DNA of 64,000 nucleotides from Clostridia bacterium (GCA_017536475.1 JAFXHH010000010.1:73517-137516); one strand, 5' to 3'; positions 25,906-36,788 are shown, counted from the first letter of the stretch. Numbers and translations are program-made. The notes: generated from the letters alone by a model not told the origin.

Positions 25906-27665
25906 GATTCCCAAGAGAGCTTGTTGAGGAGATCCGTTCGAGGAACGATATAGTCGAGCTTATCGGCTCTTACGTAAATCTGAAACGCGCGGGGGCGAAC
26001 TACAACGGACTTTGTCCGTATCACAGTGAAAAATCTCCTTCGTTTACAGTCTTTCCCGCTACCCAGTCGTTTTATTGCTTTGGTTGCGGCGCGGGCGGAG
26101 ACGCGGTGACGTTTATTATGCGTTCGGAAAATCTTGATTATCCCGAAGCGGTCGAATTGCTCGCCAAGAGGGCGGGAATAACAATAACGTCGGATGAGAA
26201 AGAGCAGGGCGGGATCAGCAAAAGAAGGATATACGAGATGAATCTCGCGGCAGCGAAATATTTCCGTAATTGCCTTTTTGACCAAAAGCTCGGTCGGGTC
26301 GGAATGGAATATCTTTCCGAAAAAAGAAGACTGTCGCCTGCCGTTATAAAGCATTTTGGGCTTGGATTTGCGCCCGAGAGCTTCGGTTCGCTTACCGATC
26401 ATATGCATAAGCAGGGATTTACCGACGAGGAGCTGATAGTCGGCTTCCTTTGCGGAAAGAGTCAGAAGACGGGAAGAGCGTACGATTATTTCAGAAATCG
26501 CGTTATTTTTCCTATTATCAATACGTCGGGCGATATTATCGCGTTCGGCGGTCGAGTTATGGACGATTCCAAACCGAAGTATCTGAACTCGTCGGATACG
26601 CCGGGATTTAAAAAGAGCCGAAATCTGTTTGCGCTAAATTACGCGAAAAATCACTGCTCGGAGAGACTGATTCTCTGCGAGGGCTATATGGACGTTATAG
26701 CGCTTCACGCGGCGGGCTTTGAAAACGCGGTCGCGACGCTTGGTACGGCACTGACGCAGGAGCAGGCGAGAATGATGGCGAAATACACCAAGGAGGTCGT
26801 TATCTCCTACGACTCCGACGAGGCGGGTCAGGCGGCTACGAGAAAGGCGGTCAGGATGCTCTCGGAGGTAGGTCTTGACGTAAAGATACTCCGAATGGAA
26901 GGCGCGAAGGACCCCGACGAGTACATTAAAAAGTACGGCGCGGACAGCTTCCGCAGGTTGCTTGACGCAAGTCGCACGGGATTTGAATTCAAGCTTGAAT
27001 CGACGCTGCAGAAATATAATCTTTCGGTAGCGCAGGATAAGATAAAGGCTTCTGCCGAAATGTGCGAGTATATTTCGGAGGAATGGTCGAGCGCGGCGAG
27101 GGACGTTTATATCGGTGCAACGGCGGCAAGGCTTTCGATCTCTCCCGAGGGCTTAAAGAATGATGTGGAGCTGCTCAGGAAAAAGAAGATCAAAAGCTTC
27201 AACGAAAAGACGTCGCAGCAGGCAAGGCTTGGCGCGATGGGCGTTGGTGACAAGATAAACTCCGACGGTATAAAAAACATAAAAGCAAAGGCGGCGGAGG
27301 AGGCAGTCATCGGGCTTCTGCTTACGTACGACGAGTATCGCGATGCTATAATTCGCGGCAAGGCAGAGCTTTCGGTTAACGATTTTGTATCCGAGTTCCA
27401 CGCAAGAGTTTTTGACAAAATAATTGAGCTTCAAAGGGAAAATCAGTTTGATTTTTCTTTGCTCGGCGAGTTTTTTACGCCTGACGAAATGGGCAGGCTT
27501 CAGGGTCTGGAGCAAAAGAGACGAGTGCTGACCGAAAACGGTATGCAGGTATTTCTCCAATGTGTAGCGACCGTGAAGGAGGAAAAGATATCTTCCTCCT
27601 CTGAAGCGAATGGGATCGACGAGATAAAGCGGTTGCTTGAACAAAAGCGAAACGCGAATAAATAG
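25902..27665 (+). CDS. dnaG: DNA primase
   Basis: It has the CHC2 zinc finger [13 protein letters not shown]...FYCFGCG and Toprim motifs EGYMDVI and DSDEAG. Confidence 0.92.
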   Translation: MRFPRELVEEIRSRNDIVELIGSYVNLKRAGANYNGLCPYHSEKSPSFTVFPATQSFYCFGCGAGGDAVTFIMRSENLDYPEAVELLAKRAGITITSDEKEQGGISKRRIYEMNLAAAKYFRNCLFDQKLGRVGMEYLSEKRRLSPAVIKHFGLGFAPESFGSLTDHMHKQGFTDEELIVGFLCGKSQKTGRAYDYFRNRVIFPIINTSGDIIAFGGRVMDDSKPKYLNSSDTPGFKKSRNLFALNYAKNHCSERLILCEGYMDVIALHAAGFENAVATLGTALTQEQARMMAKYTKEVVISYDSDEAGQAATRKAVRMLSEVGLDVKILRMEGAKDPDEYIKKYGADSFRRLLDASRTGFEFKLESTLQKYNLSVAQDKIKASAEMCEYISEEWSSAARDVYIGATAARLSISPEGLKNDVELLRKKKIKSFNEKTSQQARLGAMGVGDKINSDGIKNIKAKAAEEAVIGLLLTYDEYRDAIIRGKAELSVNDFVSEFHARVFDKIIELQRENQFDFSLLGEFFTPDEMGRLQGLEQKRRVLTENGMQVFLQCVATVKEEKISSSSEANGIDEIKRLLEQKRNANK

Positions 27666-27690
27666 TATATCAGCGAAAGGAAGTATAAAA

Positions 27691-28824
27691 ATGAGTGATA
27701 TGTTTTTGGAGGATGTTGAGGTAGACGCGACCCCCGAGGAGACCGAGTCTAAAAAGGTAGAACACCTCATTGAGAAAAGCAAAAAAGCAGGACTTTCAGA
27801 GGAAGATTTCGATCAGGCTCTCGAGGAGATGAACTACGACGTCGACGAGCTTGACAAGCTTTACGAGGCTCTCGAGGATAACGGAGTTTCTCTGCCCGGT
27901 ACGCTTTCCAATGCCGAGCTTGAGGAGATCCAGAAGGAAGTATCCAAGTTTGAAAACGGTGCGAGCATGGAAAAGATACTCGAGCAGGAGGGTCTTTCGA
28001 TCGACGACCCCGTTCGCCAGTATCTTAAGGAGATCGGCCGTATTCCGCTGCTTGACTCCGACGGAGAGAAGGAGCTTGCGGAGAGAATGCTCAACGGAGA
28101 CGAGAACGCAAAGATCAAGCTCGTTGAGTCGAACCTTCGTCTTGTTGTAAGTATAGCTAAAAAGTACCTTGGAAGAGGAATGTATTTCCTTGATCTCATT
28201 CAGGAGGGAAATCTCGGTCTTATGAAGGCGGTCGACAAGTTCGACTACACCAAGGGATATAAGTTCTCGACCTACGCAACCTGGTGGATCAGACAGGCGA
28301 TCACGAGAGCTATTGCAGACCAGGCAAGAACCATTCGTATTCCCGTACACATGGTCGAGACTATCCACAAGGTCACCAAATACTCCCGTCAGATGCTTCA
28401 GGAGCTTGGCCGCGAGCCTACCGCTGAGGAAATAGGCGACAAGATAGGTATGAGTGCAGATAAGGTCAGAGAGATACTTAAGATCGCGCAGGATCCAGTA
28501 TCGCTCGAAACTCCTATCGGTGAGGAGGAGGACAGCCATCTTGGCGACTTCATTCCCGACGACGACACTCCCGCGCCTGCAGACGCTGCCGCTTCGACTA
28601 TTCTTCGCGAGGTCATTGAAAGAGAGCTTCACACCTTGACTCCCAGAGAGGAGCACGTTATCAAGCTTCGTTTCGGTCTTTACGACGGAAGAACCAGAAC
28701 GCTTGAGGAGGTCGGCAAGGAGTTCGATATTACCAGAGAGCGTATCCGTCAGATCGAGGCAAAGGCGCTTCGCAAGCTGCGCCATCCCAGTCGTGCAAGA
28801 CACCTCAGAGGATTTCTTGACTGA
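27691..28824 (+). CDS. rpoD: primary RNA polymerase sigma factor
   Basis: Region 2 ([27 protein letters not shown]) and region 4.2 ([30 protein letters not shown]) are present. The ATG at 27691 has AAAGGAAG upstream. Confidence 0.92.
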   Translation: MSDMFLEDVEVDATPEETESKKVEHLIEKSKKAGLSEEDFDQALEEMNYDVDELDKLYEALEDNGVSLPGTLSNAELEEIQKEVSKFENGASMEKILEQEGLSIDDPVRQYLKEIGRIPLLDSDGEKELAERMLNGDENAKIKLVESNLRLVVSIAKKYLGRGMYFLDLIQEGNLGLMKAVDKFDYTKGYKFSTYATWWIRQAITRAIADQARTIRIPVHMVETIHKVTKYSRQMLQELGREPTAEEIGDKIGMSADKVREILKIAQDPVSLETPIGEEEDSHLGDFIPDDDTPAPADAAASTILREVIERELHTLTPREEHVIKLRFGLYDGRTRTLEEVGKEFDITRERIRQIEAKALRKLRHPSRARHLRGFLD

Positions 28825-29016
28825 TAAATTGTAAATATTTATTCTTTTTGAGTTACAAAATCGACCCTGTAAAATGTGCACTATTAACAACAGCTTGTGC
28901 TTGGTGCACAAAAAGACGAAGAGTTTATTGTGTACGTTGCATATCGAGGGTTGTCGTTTTATAGCGGCGAAACAGAGTTTGTCATTTTGCCTTTATATTT
29001 ATTAATAATTATTTAC

Positions 29017-29045
29017 TTGACAAAGTGGCACGTTTAGTGTAAAAT
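29017..29045 (+). promoter_or_regulatory. sigma-A-type promoter upstream of the solute-binding lipoprotein gene (~110-nt leader)
   Basis: TTGACA-17 nt-TAAAAT. Confidence 0.6.
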
Positions 29046-29160
29046 ATAGTTTAGCGTTGATTCTGATATTCGCAAGAACGTTGGAATTCCGAACGGGGAT
29101 GCTTTTTGGTGTCGCCGTTCACAAAAACCTTGCCCCGTGTGGCAGAAATGGAGATTTAAC

Positions 29161-31218
29161 ATGAAAAAGAGATTGCTTTGTCTGTTTATGGGCTTGATCC
29201 TTGTGCTGTCTGTGTTCCTTACAGCCTGCTCGTCAGACGATGAAGACGCTGATAAGAAGAACAACACCGGCGCACAGACGATAACTATGTGTGTTATTAC
29301 CGAAAAGAAGGTATGTAATACGGAAGCCGATCTTGCCGAGTATCTTGAAAAAGAGTGCGGTGGAGATAAAGACAGCGAAAAATACAAGGAAATGCTTAAA
29401 GTCATTGAAAACTACGAAGCTGTCGAAGAGGCATTTACAAAGATAACCAAGGAGTCCAAGATCAACGTAGACCTGCTCTTCTACACCGAGGAGGAATACG
29501 AGGAGAAGCTTACGACTACTATTGCCGATGCCGCTGAATATGCTCAGGAGGCTGAGCGTGCCGCAAGAGCTTTGGATAAATACATAAGCGACTATCAGGC
29601 TGCTTATCCCGAGGAAAAGTATCCCGTTTCGGCTTTGACAAAATCCTTCTACTATCATTTCCCTGAGTTTGAAAAGTATAAGGATTATATAGCACAGTCC
29701 GCTATGGAGGACGAGGAAGAATCGGGCGAAGAAAACGACGTCGAAGATATATATCAGGCAGGCGATCTTGGTGTAAAGGAGCTCGTGTATCCCGAGACCC
29801 AGGAAAATCAGCTTGATATCATATACGTTTCCGGATTGGATATGTACAGAGAGTATATTGAGAACGATTGGCTTATGTCTCTCGATTCTTATATCTCCTC
29901 CAGCGGAAAGAAGCTTAACGACTATATTTCCGGCTCTTTGCTTAAGGGCGTTCAGTACTACGGAAGCACCTACGCTATTCCCAATAATGTTCAGATCGGC
30001 GAGTACAAGTATATGCTGGTCGACAAGGATCTCTTCGATGAATGGCTCTATAATAACGAGCAGGTAAGCACGGTCCTTGATCTCGGCAACTTCCTTGAGG
30101 ACGTATCTAGCACAAATCCCGAGATCCTTCCTATCGACGCTACCTTTGATGAGTGCATAGGTCAGTTCGTATGGTATTGGAACATCGACTGGGTTGAGGA
30201 TGAGTTCGGAGATAACATTTACTCGATAGGCGACGGCAATAAATTCTCTTTGCTCGGTGCGCTTTACGGAGATGCGGCTACCGCTTCCCGCGGACAGATC
30301 TCCCTTGGCTTCAACTCGTTGTTTACCAGCCCAGAATACCGTGACATTTATCTTAAGCTCAAGGCTTACGAATATAACGGATATTACGCTACCGAGGGTG
30401 ATACGAGAACGAACGCAGCGGTTTCCTTCGTAGACGGTGACTATACTATCAAGGCGTCTATGGAAGAAAATGACGGCGTTTATACCGATGAAAACGGCAA
30501 AAAGTATTACGCATACGTAGTAAAGTATCCCGAGGTTGACGAGGCGTCGCTTTACGGAAATATGTTTGGAGTATTTGCAAACTCCTCAAACGCAAGTGCT
30601 TGTGTAAAGGTGCTTACGATGCTTAATACCGATCCCAAGCTTCGCAACATTCTTCAGTACGGTATTGAGGGTGTTGACTACACCATCGACGAGGAAACCG
30701 GAGTTCTTACTAGATCCAAGGATACTCTCTACGAGATGGATATCGAAAAGACCGGCAACTGCTTTATAGCGCATCCTGAGGAGGGTCTTCCCGCGGATTA
30801 CTGGGAGAACGCCAAGAACCAGAACAACGACGCGCTTATAAATCCTCTGCTTGGATTTGATTTCAACAGCATTTTCGAAGAGTATGATAACGATCTTGAC
30901 TATAACCTTTGGTCTTATCTGATGCAGTACACAGCACAGATCTCTGCTGAGATAGATGCGTGTGAGGATATAGACGAGCTTACGAAGCTCGTGTCTGACG
31001 AGAAGTCGGGTCTGTGTGTGACGTTGGCGGGTAACCCCTCGATCAGTGTTGAATATGATGGTCAGATCTATAACGACTTCGTACTTCAGTTGTCCAAGCT
31101 TACTAATAAGAATTATGACGCTGCAACCGAGGAAGAAGACAGATATGCAGGTGAATCGCCTTACGCGGTATATTACTCCTGGATGCAAACGTACGGTTAC
31201 GTTCCTGCAGGCGAATAA
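29161..31218 (+). CDS. large extracellular solute-binding lipoprotein (ABC SBP family 1-like, 685 aa)
   Basis: It has the lipobox LTAC and a sugar-SBP-like core (GSTYAIPNN, YMLVDKDLF). A ~200-aa acidic or coiled insertion lies near the N-terminus. No permease genes are adjacent. Confidence 0.55.
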   Translation: MKKRLLCLFMGLILVLSVFLTACSSDDEDADKKNNTGAQTITMCVITEKKVCNTEADLAEYLEKECGGDKDSEKYKEMLKVIENYEAVEEAFTKITKESKINVDLLFYTEEEYEEKLTTTIADAAEYAQEAERAARALDKYISDYQAAYPEEKYPVSALTKSFYYHFPEFEKYKDYIAQSAMEDEEESGEENDVEDIYQAGDLGVKELVYPETQENQLDIIYVSGLDMYREYIENDWLMSLDSYISSSGKKLNDYISGSLLKGVQYYGSTYAIPNNVQIGEYKYMLVDKDLFDEWLYNNEQVSTVLDLGNFLEDVSSTNPEILPIDATFDECIGQFVWYWNIDWVEDEFGDNIYSIGDGNKFSLLGALYGDAATASRGQISLGFNSLFTSPEYRDIYLKLKAYEYNGYYATEGDTRTNAAVSFVDGDYTIKASMEENDGVYTDENGKKYYAYVVKYPEVDEASLYGNMFGVFANSSNASACVKVLTMLNTDPKLRNILQYGIEGVDYTIDEETGVLTRSKDTLYEMDIEKTGNCFIAHPEEGLPADYWENAKNQNNDALINPLLGFDFNSIFEEYDNDLDYNLWSYLMQYTAQISAEIDACEDIDELTKLVSDEKSGLCVTLAGNPSISVEYDGQIYNDFVLQLSKLTNKNYDAATEEEDRYAGESPYAVYYSWMQTYGYVPAGE

Positions 31219-31239
31219 TTTAATTTGAGTTTATTATAG

Positions 31240-31268
31240 AAAGCCTCCGTCCAAGACGGAGGCTTTTG
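31240..31268 (+). terminator. rho-independent terminator
   Basis: aagcctccgtc-caa-gacggaggctttt forms the stem-loop. Confidence 0.8.
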
Positions 31269-31284
31269 ACACCTGAAAATTATT

Positions 31285-31932
31285 GTGGAGGCAGCTTTGA
31301 AATACACTCATCTCTTTTGGGATTTTAACGGTACTATATTTTCGGATATGCAGGCTGGAATAGACAGCGTGAACCGTATGCTTGAAGAACGCGGACTGCC
31401 AATCATAGCCGATATGGAGACATATAGAGAGATCTTTGATTTCCCGATAAAAGAATATTACAGAAAGCTTGGATTTGACTTTGAAAAGGAGCCATACGAG
31501 GTGTTAGCTCCGATTTGGGTTGAACTTTATTTGCAAAACTGCTGTACGGCGGGAATCGTCGACGGAGTTGACACGGTGGTCAAGGCGGTGGCAAAGACCG
31601 AGACCAAGCAGGTGATACTTTCCGCATGTGAGAAAAATATGCTTTGCGATCAGCTCTCCGAGCTTGGACTTATTGAATATTTTGATGAGATCATCGGTCT
31701 TGACGATATTCATGCGGCGAGCAAGCTTCATTTGGCACAGGCGTGGAGAGAAAAGAACCCCGAGGCGAAGATATTGTTCGTTGGCGATACGATCCACGAT
31801 GCCGAGACCGCCGAGGTGCTTGGCGCGGATTGCTTGCTTTTCGCGGGCGGGCATCAGTCGAAGGCAAGACTTTTGACTACAGGATGTCAGACGATAGACG
31901 GTATTGTTGAGATCCTTGATCATATTAAATAG
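31285..31932 (+). CDS. HAD-superfamily hydrolase (phosphoglycolate phosphatase-like)
   Basis: It has HAD motif I (FWDFNGTIF) and motif IV (FVGDTIHD). The real start may be the TTG at 31297, which follows GGAGG. Confidence 0.7.
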   Translation: MEAALKYTHLFWDFNGTIFSDMQAGIDSVNRMLEERGLPIIADMETYREIFDFPIKEYYRKLGFDFEKEPYEVLAPIWVELYLQNCCTAGIVDGVDTVVKAVAKTETKQVILSACEKNMLCDQLSELGLIEYFDEIIGLDDIHAASKLHLAQAWREKNPEAKILFVGDTIHDAETAEVLGADCLLFAGGHQSKARLLTTGCQTIDGIVEILDHIK

Positions 31933-31935
31933 GTA

Positions 31936-31970
31936 AAAATTCCACCCGGTTTATCGGGTGGGATTTTTGT
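31936..31970. terminator. bidirectional terminator between convergent genes
   Basis: tccacccg-gtttat-cgggtgga is flanked by A- and T-runs. Confidence 0.8.
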
Positions 31971-31972
31971 TT

Positions 31973-34075
31973 TTATTCGGTTATTATAAGCACCTCATAT
32001 CCGCCGAGGGTGAACTCATAACGTGTGCCAGACTTGTCGGGGCAGGAGGTAAAGGGCTTGTTTGCATCCTCAAGAGGAGAATAAAGCTTTGCGTTGCCCG
32101 TTTCGCGAAGGGCACAGTTGATATGCTTTTCTTCGTTGGTTGAGTTGACGAACATATAGCGATTCTTGCCGCCGATCTTTTTGCAAAGGCAGGCAACACC
32201 CTCGTGGATCGTGTCGAGGTCGACCGCGAATCCCTCCTCGTAGCGATCAAATGAGGTCACAAGCGCGGAGGCGGTGGAGAATTTTTTGCCAAAGCCTGCG
32301 CTTCCGAGATCGGAGAAGCAGGAGTCTCTCATAATACATATCTTGACTCCCTTGGACTCGAGATGTGCAAACACGCCACTCATTTCGGGGGTCAGCTCCA
32401 TAGGAGGCAGGACGAGATATTTATATATCTGTCCTTGCTTGCCGAGCAGCTTGCCGTCGCGCACGGGCAGGTTTTTGATGACCTCGAAATCAGCAAAGTC
32501 AAAATCTACCTGAGCGTCGCAAAGCTCGTACATTATACTGTAAAGTCCGTCGCGGCAGGCGTTTTCTTCGTTCGTGAAGCACAAGAAGCTGTTTTCGTCG
32601 GGTGTGATATGGTTCATCATAAAGGTCTCGATGGGGTAGCAGAGAAGTACGTCTGCCTGGGGCGATCCACCTGCCATTATGTCTCCGAATTTTCCTATTG
32701 CGCGGTTGTATTTTTCGTAGCTGTCCTTATCGAAAAGCGTTTCGGGGTAGTAAGAGGTGAAGATGTCGATACCGAAGGCGTACTGGAGCGCGAGCGAGGC
32801 ATACATCTGATCGATCGTCACGTTGTTGCCCTGCGCGTGAGCCGAGACCTCGCTCATAACGTGCGGACGGTCGTACGCGTGAGCGATCGAGGAGACGAGC
32901 TTGGGTGTGAACATATCTCTGCGGACCAGCTCGGGCAGGGAATGGAGCATATCTATGCCAGGGACGTGCATATGACGCAGGAAGGAGAACATATTGCCCT
33001 CGAATATTACGTGGTGGCGGATATCATCCTCAAGCAGCACGTGACCGCCGAATCTCGTGCCTGCGTTGGCGCAATAATTCGAGATCTGCGCGTAGAAGCT
33101 TTCCTCAAAGAGCTTTGAGGTGGTCTGATGGAAGAAATATCGCACCTTTTTTGCGTGGTTGCTGTTTCCACAGAAGAGGAAGATCAGATTTTTTCTGAAG
33201 CTTAAGCCCGAGAGCGCCTCAAACGTGTTTTCAACGTCTCTGCCAAAGTTTACGATGGGATAAAGCGGGATCGTGTCGTCGTAGGGGTCACGAGTGCGTG
33301 GGGGATAGAGCCCTGCGTTGATATAGCAACCCATCAGAGAGGGCTCGTCGGTGAAATAGGCTTCGATAAGCCCCGTGCCATTCGTATAGTGCTTTTCTAC
33401 GTGGGCGGTGTATTTTTCGTAGGTGTTTTTGATAAACTCGCGCACGGCATCCTTGTTCATAAGGTCGATGTAGCGCTGAGCCATAAAGACGTTATGCTCG
33501 GCATGTGAGCCCTCGTAAAGATATTTGTCGGCAAAGGCACAAATGACGAGCGGCTGAGACGTAGTGTTTGTGAATGTTACGCTTTGCTCTCCATTACATA
33601 TCTTTTCCTCGAGTGGCGCGGTGGGATTTATCTTGCCGTTTTTGCTCATTGGATAGGTTGCCGCGTAAAGAAAACGAAGGTGTCCGTGGGGCAGGTCGAT
33701 CGTCTTGGTTTCTCCGACTGCAAGAGCCTCTGTGATCTTTGCAACCGCGCGGCATTCGTATTCGGGATGTGCCGCGAGCGTTTGACCGCTTGCACTACCG
33801 CTTGGGTATCCATGCTCGTCGTATATCCAAGCTCGCATACCGAGGCGATCTGTTTCATCGAGCGCATATTGAAGCAAAGCCCAATCATCTTCGTTGTTCA
33901 GGTAGTCGTCACCCCAATGGACGTTGGTGACTATACCTCCGTATCCGAGAGAGGCAAGCGTTTTGAGCCCTTTTGTTATTTCCGCACATTTTTCTTCAAA
34001 GGTGGAATCTCCGGGTCTTTTCAATTCGTGAACTATCTTCAAGGGAAGGTGGTTTTTGATTACGATATCCTTCAT
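31973..34075 (-). CDS. 700-aa cytoplasmic protein, family not recognised (possibly glycoside-hydrolase-like)
   Basis: It is a clean ORF with GGAG RBS at the 34075 ATG and no signal peptide. The N-terminal segment (LGYGGIVTNVHWGDDY...RAWIYDEHGYPSGSASG) is reminiscent of TIM-barrel glycosidases, but this is not a secure assignment. Confidence 0.4.
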   Translation of the reverse strand: MKDIVIKNHLPLKIVHELKRPGDSTFEEKCAEITKGLKTLASLGYGGIVTNVHWGDDYLNNEDDWALLQYALDETDRLGMRAWIYDEHGYPSGSASGQTLAAHPEYECRAVAKITEALAVGETKTIDLPHGHLRFLYAATYPMSKNGKINPTAPLEEKICNGEQSVTFTNTTSQPLVICAFADKYLYEGSHAEHNVFMAQRYIDLMNKDAVREFIKNTYEKYTAHVEKHYTNGTGLIEAYFTDEPSLMGCYINAGLYPPRTRDPYDDTIPLYPIVNFGRDVENTFEALSGLSFRKNLIFLFCGNSNHAKKVRYFFHQTTSKLFEESFYAQISNYCANAGTRFGGHVLLEDDIRHHVIFEGNMFSFLRHMHVPGIDMLHSLPELVRRDMFTPKLVSSIAHAYDRPHVMSEVSAHAQGNNVTIDQMYASLALQYAFGIDIFTSYYPETLFDKDSYEKYNRAIGKFGDIMAGGSPQADVLLCYPIETFMMNHITPDENSFLCFTNEENACRDGLYSIMYELCDAQVDFDFADFEVIKNLPVRDGKLLGKQGQIYKYLVLPPMELTPEMSGVFAHLESKGVKICIMRDSCFSDLGSAGFGKKFSTASALVTSFDRYEEGFAVDLDTIHEGVACLCKKIGGKNRYMFVNSTNEEKHINCALRETGNAKLYSPLEDANKPFTSCPDKSGTRYEFTLGGYEVLIITE

Positions 34076-34155
34076 AAAATCTCCGTTCCGCAGCCGATGA
34101 CGGCGCAATAATAATCGTTAAATTTGCCGCAAGGGCAATTTTTTTGTTTGGATTT

Positions 34156-34365
34156 TTATTCTTGTTCGGTGTACTTGGAAATATCTATTGCGGCGAGCTT
34201 TGCCGCGTCAATCTTACCCTTCGTGCGCTCAAAATACTGGATATTGTTACGCAGCATAAAGATGAACTGATTGTTTGGCGTTCTGCCCTCTGCCTCGGAG
34301 ATGTAGATGAGCTTGCGGATAAGCTCGTCGGAGAGACGCACCTTGATCTCGTTTTGATTTTTCAT
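34156..34365 (-). CDS. small ribbon-helix-helix (Arc/CopG-like) DNA-binding protein
   Basis: IKVRLSDELIRKLIYISEAEGRTPNNQFIFMLRNNI fits a beta-strand/helix/helix RHH pattern. Its RBS lies inside the upstream gene's end, with 1 nt between the stop and the ATG. Confidence 0.5.
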   Translation of the reverse strand: MKNQNEIKVRLSDELIRKLIYISEAEGRTPNNQFIFMLRNNIQYFERTKGKIDAAKLAAIDISKYTEQE

Positions 34366-34366
34366 T

Positions 34367-34930
34367 TTAATTTCCTTTCGCTTGATTGTTTATGCGTTTC
34401 GCAGATGCTCTGAACGCACCTGCGTTATATTTTTGCAAAAGCTCGACTGCACGCGCGGGAGCGTCGAAATAAATGATACCTTTGCCGTCCTCGTCTTCGA
34501 AAAGTGCGTAGTAGACGTCGGGCGCCGATAGCGACGAGATGCAGATGTGGTTTTTCTGCAAGGACAGCTTGCTGATCTCCTCATAAGCCTTGTCGTCGTA
34601 TTCTCCTATTTCGGAGAAAGATGAGACCGATGAGGTAAAGATCGTTTTTCTCGACCCCTTGCCGTACAGCTTCGTTATGACGATATCGCCGTTTGCGATA
34701 AGGATCTCGTATTCAATGCACAGAAACCGCCACGTGATAAATATAAGGAGCGCGGTCAGACAACATATAAGGATAAGTGCGGGTATAAAGAGGGAGGGGA
34801 GAAGCGCCAATACGAATGCGGTCAACACGACGAAAAACACCGCATATCCGACGATCGCGGCGATCCTTTTTAAGAGCAGCTCGCCCTCTGCTTTCTTTTT
34901 GATTATATATTCGTATGAGTTTTCAAACAT
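34367..34930 (-). CDS. 2-TM membrane protein of unknown function (187 aa)
   Basis: Two adjacent hydrophobic helices are followed by a soluble ~110-aa domain. It appears translationally coupled to the RHH gene. Confidence 0.5.
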   Translation of the reverse strand: MFENSYEYIIKKKAEGELLLKRIAAIVGYAVFFVVLTAFVLALLPSLFIPALILICCLTALLIFITWRFLCIEYEILIANGDIVITKLYGKGSRKTIFTSSVSSFSEIGEYDDKAYEEISKLSLQKNHICISSLSAPDVYYALFEDEDGKGIIYFDAPARAVELLQKYNAGAFRASAKRINNQAKGN

Positions 34931-35038
34931 ATTATCCTCCGAGACGGTTGATCATCTTCAGTATAGCATAATTTCGGCTTTTTTTCAATCGAATTTAAAA
35001 AATACGCGTAAAAATATTTAATTAGATATAATTTTTTG

Positions 35039-35067
35039 TTGAATTATTCATAAATGTGTAGTATAAT
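35039..35067 (+). promoter_or_regulatory. sigma-A-type promoter for the ACT/UPF0210 pair
   Basis: TTGAAT-17 nt-TATAAT. Confidence 0.6.
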
Positions 35068-35102
35068 TAGAGTAGGATAATATTTCGTACGGAGGTTACG
35101 TA

Positions 35103-35372
35103 ATGAAAGCAGTTATAACGGTTACGGGAAAAGACTCGGTCGGAATCATCGCAAAGCTTGCTTCCGAGTGTGCAAAATACGACGCTAATATCGTTGATAT
35201 TTCCCAAAGCGTTCTTTCCGAATACTTTGCTATGATAATGCTTGCCGATATAGACAAGCTTTCCATTCCTTTTTCTGAATTCGTAGATATTCTCTCGAAT
35301 ACCGGAAGCGAGAAGGGTCTCGCCGTTCACGTTATGCACGAGGATATTTTCAATAGTATGCATCACGTCTGA
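35103..35372 (+). CDS. ACT-domain protein (UPF0237 family)
   Basis: [19 protein letters not shown]...[10 protein letters not shown] is a typical 89-aa ACT protein. Confidence 0.8.
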   Translation: MKAVITVTGKDSVGIIAKLASECAKYDANIVDISQSVLSEYFAMIMLADIDKLSIPFSEFVDILSNTGSEKGLAVHVMHEDIFNSMHHV

Positions 35373-35383
35373 TCGGAGAAATT

Positions 35384-36742
35384 ATGGTTAACGTTAAAGA
35401 CATTCTCGAAACTATAAATATGATCCGCGAAGAAAATCTCGACATCCGAACCATTACGATGGGTATTTCGCTTTACGACTGCGTGAGCGAGGATGAGGAC
35501 AGACTTTGCGAGAAAATATACGACAAGATAACTAAAAGCGCTGAAAATCTCGTTGCGACGGGTCAGGATATTGAGAAAAAATACGGTATTCCGATCGTAA
35601 ACAAGAGGGTTTCGGTCACACCTATCTCGCTTATCGGCGGGGCATGCTCTCCCGAGGGATATTTCAAGATCGCCAAGACGCTTGACAGGGCGGCAAAGGC
35701 GCTCGGTATCAACTTTATCGGCGGTTTTTCGGCTCTTGTTCAAAAGGGCATGACTAAGGGCGCCGAGAATATGATATCGATCATTCCCGAGGCGCTTGCC
35801 GAGACCGATTTCGTTTGCTCGTCGGTGAACGTTGCTTCTACCAAGGCGGGCATTAATATGGACGCTATCAAGCTGATGGGAAGCACGGTTAAAAGGGCGG
35901 CTTTTCTGACCAAGGACAGAGATTCTATTGGTTGCGCGAAGCTGGTCGTATTTGCTAACGTACCCGAGGACAATCCCTTTATGGCGGGAGCTTTTCACGG
36001 AATCGGAGAGCCCGAGAACGTCATAAACGTCGGTGTTTCGGGGCCCGGAGTCGTAAGCTCGGCTATTGCACGAGCAGGCGATTGCGATCTCAGTGAGCTT
36101 GCTGATATTATTAAGAAGACAGCGTTCAAGATCACCCGTGTCGGTCAGCTCGTTGCGGGCGAGGCAGCAAAGGCGCTGAACGTACCCTTTGGAATAGTAG
36201 ACCTTTCTTTAGCTCCCACTCCCGCGGTCGGAGATTCGGTCGCTCATATACTTGAAAATATGGGACTTGAGTCCTGTGGAGCTCACGGCACGACTGCTAC
36301 GCTTGCGATGCTTAACGACGCGGTCAAGAAGGGCGGCGTTATGGCTTCAAGTCACGTTGGCGGACTTTCGGGCGCATTTATTCCCGTTTCCGAGGATGCG
36401 GGTATGATCGCGGCGGTTGAGAGAGGCGCTCTGACGCTTGAAAAGCTCGAGGCGATGACGGCGGTCTGCTCGGTCGGTCTCGATATGATAGCTATCCCCG
36501 GTGACGTCGACGAGGCGATCATCTGCGGAATTATAGCCGACGAGATATCTATTGGCGTTGTCAATACCAAGACGACTGCCGTGCGCGTTATTCCCGCTTA
36601 TAACAAGGGAGTCGGTGATTATATAGACTACGGTGGCTTGCTTGGAAAGGCGCCGATCATGGAGGTCAACAGATATTCTCCCGCGAGATTTATTGATCGC
36701 GGCGGACGAATCCCTGCACCCATACACAGTCTGAAAAACTAA
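35384..36742 (+). CDS. UPF0210 (DUF711, PFL-like) family protein
   Basis: It is 452 aa with [12 protein letters not shown] near the N-terminus, and it shows the usual pairing with the UPF0237 ACT protein. Confidence 0.8.
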   Translation: MVNVKDILETINMIREENLDIRTITMGISLYDCVSEDEDRLCEKIYDKITKSAENLVATGQDIEKKYGIPIVNKRVSVTPISLIGGACSPEGYFKIAKTLDRAAKALGINFIGGFSALVQKGMTKGAENMISIIPEALAETDFVCSSVNVASTKAGINMDAIKLMGSTVKRAAFLTKDRDSIGCAKLVVFANVPEDNPFMAGAFHGIGEPENVINVGVSGPGVVSSAIARAGDCDLSELADIIKKTAFKITRVGQLVAGEAAKALNVPFGIVDLSLAPTPAVGDSVAHILENMGLESCGAHGTTATLAMLNDAVKKGGVMASSHVGGLSGAFIPVSEDAGMIAAVERGALTLEKLEAMTAVCSVGLDMIAIPGDVDEAIICGIIADEISIGVVNTKTTAVRVIPAYNKGVGDYIDYGGLLGKAPIMEVNRYSPARFIDRGGRIPAPIHSLKN

Positions 36743-36788
36743 TAAACAAATGCGAGAGCATTAAAATAAAAAATAGGAGGAACAACAA

